A stretch of 64,000 nt of DNA, taken from contig NZ_JAWLHI010000007.1 of assembly GCF_041690455.1 (NCBI RefSeq), forward strand, positions 1,610-65,609, written 5' to 3'. Numbering within the stretch: the first letter of the stretch is position 1; each line of letters begins with the position of its first letter. The translations under genes were made by a program, and so were the position numbers. Below are positions 60,079 to 64,000 of the stretch, one piece after another. Below the pieces are notes generated by a model, which was not told the DNA's origin, ran no database searches, and saw only the letters and a program-made list of their open reading frames with translations. The stretch is from Marinobacter sp. (GTDB lineage Bacteria > Pseudomonadota > Gammaproteobacteria > Pseudomonadales > Oleiphilaceae).

Positions 60079-62830
60079 GCGGCTGCAGAATCTGCCAGTG
60101 CTTGCGGCTGATGTGGTTTTTTCCGTTGCTCAACTGTTGGATAGGGACGCAGTAATGAGCGGTAATCAACGGTGAAGGGGAAGCGAACATAAGAGCGAAT
60201 CCGAATTCGGAAGCGGTTTTGATCAAACTTCTCTGGTTTGCAGCATCCAGCGCCAGGGCTTCGTCCAGGTAGCAAAGGGCTTGAACATTACGGCTCTTAT
60301 CCTGCATCAGGTGGAGCATGGCCAGGCCGGTCACCAACTTGGCCATGAGCACGGTACCGTTGGAAGCTGCGCTGTCGATGTCGTCAAAGCTTTCTACGTC
60401 CTGGTTTTCTTTGCCCAGCTCGAAAGTGAGGCGAAACAAATCGGCAACCTTCAGCCCTTGTCGAGCGCTACCTTCGTCGATCAGTAACTGGCGGGCTTGG
60501 TCCAGCTGTCGATCGTCCAGTACGCTGGATTGGTTGAAGAGCTCGAAGGATTCGCCAGACTCCACTTTTTCTGCCGTTTGGATCAACAAGTCGATCGCTT
60601 CGACAAGGTGATTCTCGTGAACCGGCTGAATGCGGAAGACCTTGAGATCCGACAGTTTCCTGCGGCTGATCAGACGGTTGAATTCATGCATGGCGTTTTG
60701 GAATGACTGCAGGTTGTCCCGAAGATCCCTGAGGCTGGCCGTCACAGTGACCACGGCACTGCGGGCTTTCTTTTCCAGGGCTTCTGCCTCTCGGGCCAGA
60801 TGATGGCGGAACTCTACCATCAACCGGATTTCCTCTTCCGGGTTGGGGGCATACTGGAATTTCGTCAGGCCACCGCTATGCAGCGTGATGCGTCGGTGCT
60901 GCAGATCCCGGTCCAGTTCTTTTAACTGATAGCAGTCCTGCTGATAGTTACGCAGCGTTTGCGCCAGTTGGTCGAGCGGTAGCTCCGGGTTGCCAACCCA
61001 GGGGGTATAGGGCAGGTCAGCAAGCCAGTTGAACTGCTCGTCGGTGTCGCCACGGTTCTGGCGGATACGATCTATCTCCTGGTGAGCGGTATCCAGTGCT
61101 TGCCGCTGCTTGGCGACTTCCTGGATCTGCTCCCTGAGCGTCTGTTGCTGGGCACCCGCCTGTTTCTGAGCGTGCTCTATCTCTGCCAGCTCTTGATTGG
61201 TTGCCTCCATTGCTTTCAGGCGATCCGGGCGCGATTTCTGAAGTTGAGCCAGTTCGTCAAACTGTTCCAGGTCCTTTTCCAGGCGTTTTACTTCCTGCTC
61301 CAGTTCTACCTTGCGCTTCTTCTGAGTGCCCAATTCTTCGGTGGCGGCCTTTTGTTCCTGCAATTGCCGGTGCCGGTCTTGGCAATCCTCAATCAGTTGG
61401 GCAATCTCTTCGTCTGATCGCTGTTCATACTGCGGCGCTTGGTGTTCAACAGACAGATTCAGCCCGGGTAGTTGAAACCGATCTTCGCGCATTTCCTGCA
61501 GCCATTGGCGCAGCTGGCCCGAATCCAGTTGATAGTCCCCAGGCGGCAAGGTAAGCAGTTGGCGGTTGAGCCCTCGGTTGAGAATACTGATCTGCTCTTC
61601 GGAGAGGTGCTGTTTAAGTGTGAGATAAAGATTGTCCGAGAGTGTTTCCTGTTCCTTGCGCAGTGCTGATAGCTCCTGCTCCTCCCGCCGCAATTGATGA
61701 TCAGTGGCGGTCGCAGACTGCCCATGGGCATTGGCGAGTAAAGCAATCTGACGGTCGCGTTCTGCGGTGGCACTAGCAAGTTGCTGCTCAAGCTGGCTGC
61801 GGTCATTGACCAGCGCGAACCGGTTCTCCAGTTCGTCACGGCGCTGCTCGTCCTTGTTCAGTGCCTCCAACTGCTGATTGAGCTCACTCTGGCGGCGGGT
61901 CTGCTCCCTGTCCCTCTGAAGCAATTCTGCTTCCTGCTTGTGCAATTTCCCATGCTGATGCTGGAGGCTTTCGCTTTCTTTCTGGTAATGGTTCTGCCAG
62001 CGTTGCAGGCCATCGTCGATGAGCGGTCGGCGGGCAATGATTCGGCCTCTGGTGGCGAGTCGTTCGTCCTGCTGGCGTTCCAGGTCGTCAATCTGAGTTT
62101 GCTGGTTTTTGGCGGCCCGGTATTGTTCCCGATCCTGGTTCACCTCGGCAAAAGCCTTATCCCATTCATGTTTGAAATCCACCACGGAGTCCGGCAACAG
62201 ACGGCTGAAGATCTGCAGCAGGTGGCGTTTTACTTCGCCGGAACTGAGTTTGTCGAGACGTAGGGTGCGGGTAAGAACCTGACGGTAGGCGTTTGCATCC
62301 TTGCGGTTCTCTAGCCGGAAAATGGTAAATTCGGAGCTGGACTGTCCCCGCTTTCGGGCACCGCCGTAGACCATTTCGGCAAACTCAGTCGATGAGTAGA
62401 AATTGGCCGTTCGCCCGTGATGAGCCAGCTGCTCCAACAGCTGTGGCTGCGTCACCAGCTTGCCATTGGCCAGCCTGTACTCCTCAATTTTCAGAGGGCC
62501 CCGATAGGCAAAATAGGCGTAGTCATGACTAAAGCCCTTGCCCACACATCCCAGCACCACAGAGCCAGCTTCAGGTAAAGTGACTTCTAGCAGGATATAG
62601 CTGCTATTGGATGGGAAGTAGAAACGTCTCGCTTTGTCTTTGTCGTGGGCACCAAAATCCAGGTGCCGCTTGTCGATAATCAGCAGATATTGCAGGGCAT
62701 TAATCAGGCTGGTCTTGCCAGTATTGTTGGGGGCAATGAGAGAAACTGACTCATCCAGAGGGAGCTCTGCGCGCTCATAGCCGGCGCTGTTGAGAAGTAC
62801 CAGCTGCTGGAAGCCGTAATCGGAACTCAT
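60059..62830 (-). CDS. jetC: Wadjet SMC-like ATPase JetC/MksB
   Basis: Walker A APNNTGKTS, FYF.SN.SYILLEV, coiled coils, ASNGT signature variant, Walker B YLDEA; resembles Pseudomonas MksB. Confidence 0.85.
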   Translation of the reverse strand: MSSDYGFQQLVLLNSAGYERAELPLDESVSLIAPNNTGKTSLINALQYLLIIDKRHLDFGAHDKDKARRFYFPSNSSYILLEVTLPEAGSVVLGCVGKGFSHDYAYFAYRGPLKIEEYRLANGKLVTQPQLLEQLAHHGRTANFYSSTEFAEMVYGGARKRGQSSSEFTIFRLENRKDANAYRQVLTRTLRLDKLSSGEVKRHLLQIFSRLLPDSVVDFKHEWDKAFAEVNQDREQYRAAKNQQTQIDDLERQQDERLATRGRIIARRPLIDDGLQRWQNHYQKESESLQHQHGKLHKQEAELLQRDREQTRRQSELNQQLEALNKDEQRRDELENRFALVNDRSQLEQQLASATAERDRQIALLANAHGQSATATDHQLRREEQELSALRKEQETLSDNLYLTLKQHLSEEQISILNRGLNRQLLTLPPGDYQLDSGQLRQWLQEMREDRFQLPGLNLSVEHQAPQYEQRSDEEIAQLIEDCQDRHRQLQEQKAATEELGTQKKRKVELEQEVKRLEKDLEQFDELAQLQKSRPDRLKAMEATNQELAEIEHAQKQAGAQQQTLREQIQEVAKQRQALDTAHQEIDRIRQNRGDTDEQFNWLADLPYTPWVGNPELPLDQLAQTLRNYQQDCYQLKELDRDLQHRRITLHSGGLTKFQYAPNPEEEIRLMVEFRHHLAREAEALEKKARSAVVTVTASLRDLRDNLQSFQNAMHEFNRLISRRKLSDLKVFRIQPVHENHLVEAIDLLIQTAEKVESGESFELFNQSSVLDDRQLDQARQLLIDEGSARQGLKVADLFRLTFELGKENQDVESFDDIDSAASNGTVLMAKLVTGLAMLHLMQDKSRNVQALCYLDEALALDAANQRSLIKTASEFGFALMFASPSPLITAHYCVPIQQLSNGKNHISRKHWQILQPLEAVEV

Positions 62831-63420
62831 AGGTAATTATCCTCGTCATCCTGATCGCTAGCCCAGGAAACATCTTCATCCTGATCCACCTGGCTGGCCA
62901 GTTCTTCGTAATGATCCAGGTAACGACACACAGCAGGCAACAGCTGCCAGGCTCCGCTATCGTAACGGGCAAAGCCGAAGTTTTCTGCGGTTCTCATCAG
63001 GCTCGCCAGGCCGGACAGATCCAGCTCTTCTACCTTCAGCAAGTCCTGGTGTTGCTCGAAAACCGTTGTCAGCAGGGTTTGATCGATTCGCCAATGCTCG
63101 AATTTCATCAGCGGAATGCCGGCATCCGCTTGAGTATCAAAGATGACCATGAACAACAGGGCCAGTTGCCGGGTGGCTTTGTTTGTATTGCTGCTGCCGT
63201 CGTCCTGATGGAACCAGGCGAAGCCCCGGCCATCAAGGCGAAGGTCAAAACCCAGTGCGGTAAAAATGGCCACATAATCGTCGAGGTTGCGTTCAAGCTC
63301 TTCCCACAATACTGGTTCTGAGATCCGGTTGAGATGCCGGCCCCGGTTGAACCACCGAAAAAGATGGGCCAGGTTTGGCAGGTTGCTAGCGATTTGTTGG
63401 AATTGGCTGGTATTACTCAC
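62827..63420 (-). CDS. jetB: Wadjet KITE subunit JetB/MksE
   Basis: 197 aa; ALGFDLRLDGRGFAWF and RQLALLFMVIFD resemble MksE; ATGA overlap with jetC. Confidence 0.75.
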   Translation of the reverse strand: MSNTSQFQQIASNLPNLAHLFRWFNRGRHLNRISEPVLWEELERNLDDYVAIFTALGFDLRLDGRGFAWFHQDDGSSNTNKATRQLALLFMVIFDTQADAGIPLMKFEHWRIDQTLLTTVFEQHQDLLKVEELDLSGLASLMRTAENFGFARYDSGAWQLLPAVCRYLDHYEELASQVDQDEDVSWASDQDDEDNYL

Positions 63421-64000
63421 GAGTTTTATTCACCGGTTGTGTCAGACGGTAGGGCCAGTAGTGCACTGAAATCAGGGAAAGGGCGGATATTGTAGGCTGC
63501 GCTTCCAGCTCCATCTCCCATAGGTCCTCTCGTGCCAGGTCATGATAGAGCCGCAGAAGAACCTGGTCAGGCAGGGAGGGGTAGTGGTGCTTCAGCCACT
63601 CCAAAAGGTTGCCGACCGGGAGGTCCTTTAACAACTGTTGCCGGAGCTGTTCTTCGTCAATCCACTCAGCAATGGTTATGGGTGCCGCATCGACTTCGCC
63701 CGGGAACTCCCGTTCAAAAGGCTCAAAGTTCCTCGCTTCCGCCATGATTGTTTTTATTTCGTCGCCTACAGACACACTGCGGCTTTGATTCACGCGCCAC
63801 ACCGGCAGCCAAGACTGATCCTGGCGTTTGCGAAAGGTGCGGTTGAGCCCTTTTTTGCGAACCTGTCCCAACAACCGGCTGATAGCTGAGGAAAGATTGT
63901 TGTGTTGGCGTGCCTCTTCTCGGAGGGGCAACAGAATTTCAGCACATTGCTGAGCCGTGATTCGCCCCAGTCGTCGCAGTTCCTTGGCCTGATAACCAAC
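63413..64000 (-). CDS. jetA: Wadjet kleisin JetA/MksF, C-terminal part; 5' end is outside the window
   Basis: Frame is open from the window edge (VGYQAKELRRLGRI...) to the stop at 63413; occupies the first position of the operon and overlaps the jetB start. Confidence 0.65.
   Translation of the reverse strand, partial: VGYQAKELRRLGRITAQQCAEILLPLREEARQHNNLSSAISRLLGQVRKKGLNRTFRKRQDQSWLPVWRVNQSRSVSVGDEIKTIMAEARNFEPFEREFPGEVDAAPITIAEWIDEEQLRQQLLKDLPVGNLLEWLKHHYPSLPDQVLLRLYHDLAREDLWEMELEAQPTISALSLISVHYWPYRLTQPVNKTRE

Overview
A 64 kb chromosomal window from a GC-rich gammaproteobacterium. Gene content and sequence style suggest Marinobacter or a close relative (inference). The left part is housekeeping: gntR-smc-zipA-ligA, mnmC, a cyclophilin, tRNA-Ser, azlCD, uvrY-uvrC-pgsA, an Mla/Pqi-like ABC system, and thiBPQ under a TPP riboswitch. 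Accessory blocks are interleaved. (1) Downstream of tRNA-Ser and an RtT-like tRNA-linked repeat is a coupled four-gene operon: two YeeE/YedE membrane proteins, a lipoprotein with five ANPCAA repeats fused to a DUF442-type Cys sulfurtransferase domain, and a His-motif protein of unknown function. This is the best candidate for an undescribed system. (2) A phytochrome-architecture diguanylate cyclase whose bilin-binding residues are all replaced. (3) An ~11 kb sulfide-handling block: pdo, DUF442, sqr, sulP, cydAB, rhodanese, two near-identical peroxiredoxins with matching OxyR-like boxes flanking a methyltransferase, and a PDO-rhodanese fusion. (4) An SbcD/SbcC-like (YhaO/YhaN-type) nuclease-ATPase pair. 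(5) tRNA-Gly and tRNA-Cys, then an AT-rich junction and a Wadjet/MksFEBG anti-plasmid operon that runs off the right edge. No CRISPR array, rRNA, integrase or transposase was recognised. All calls come from motif recognition by eye; no searches were run.
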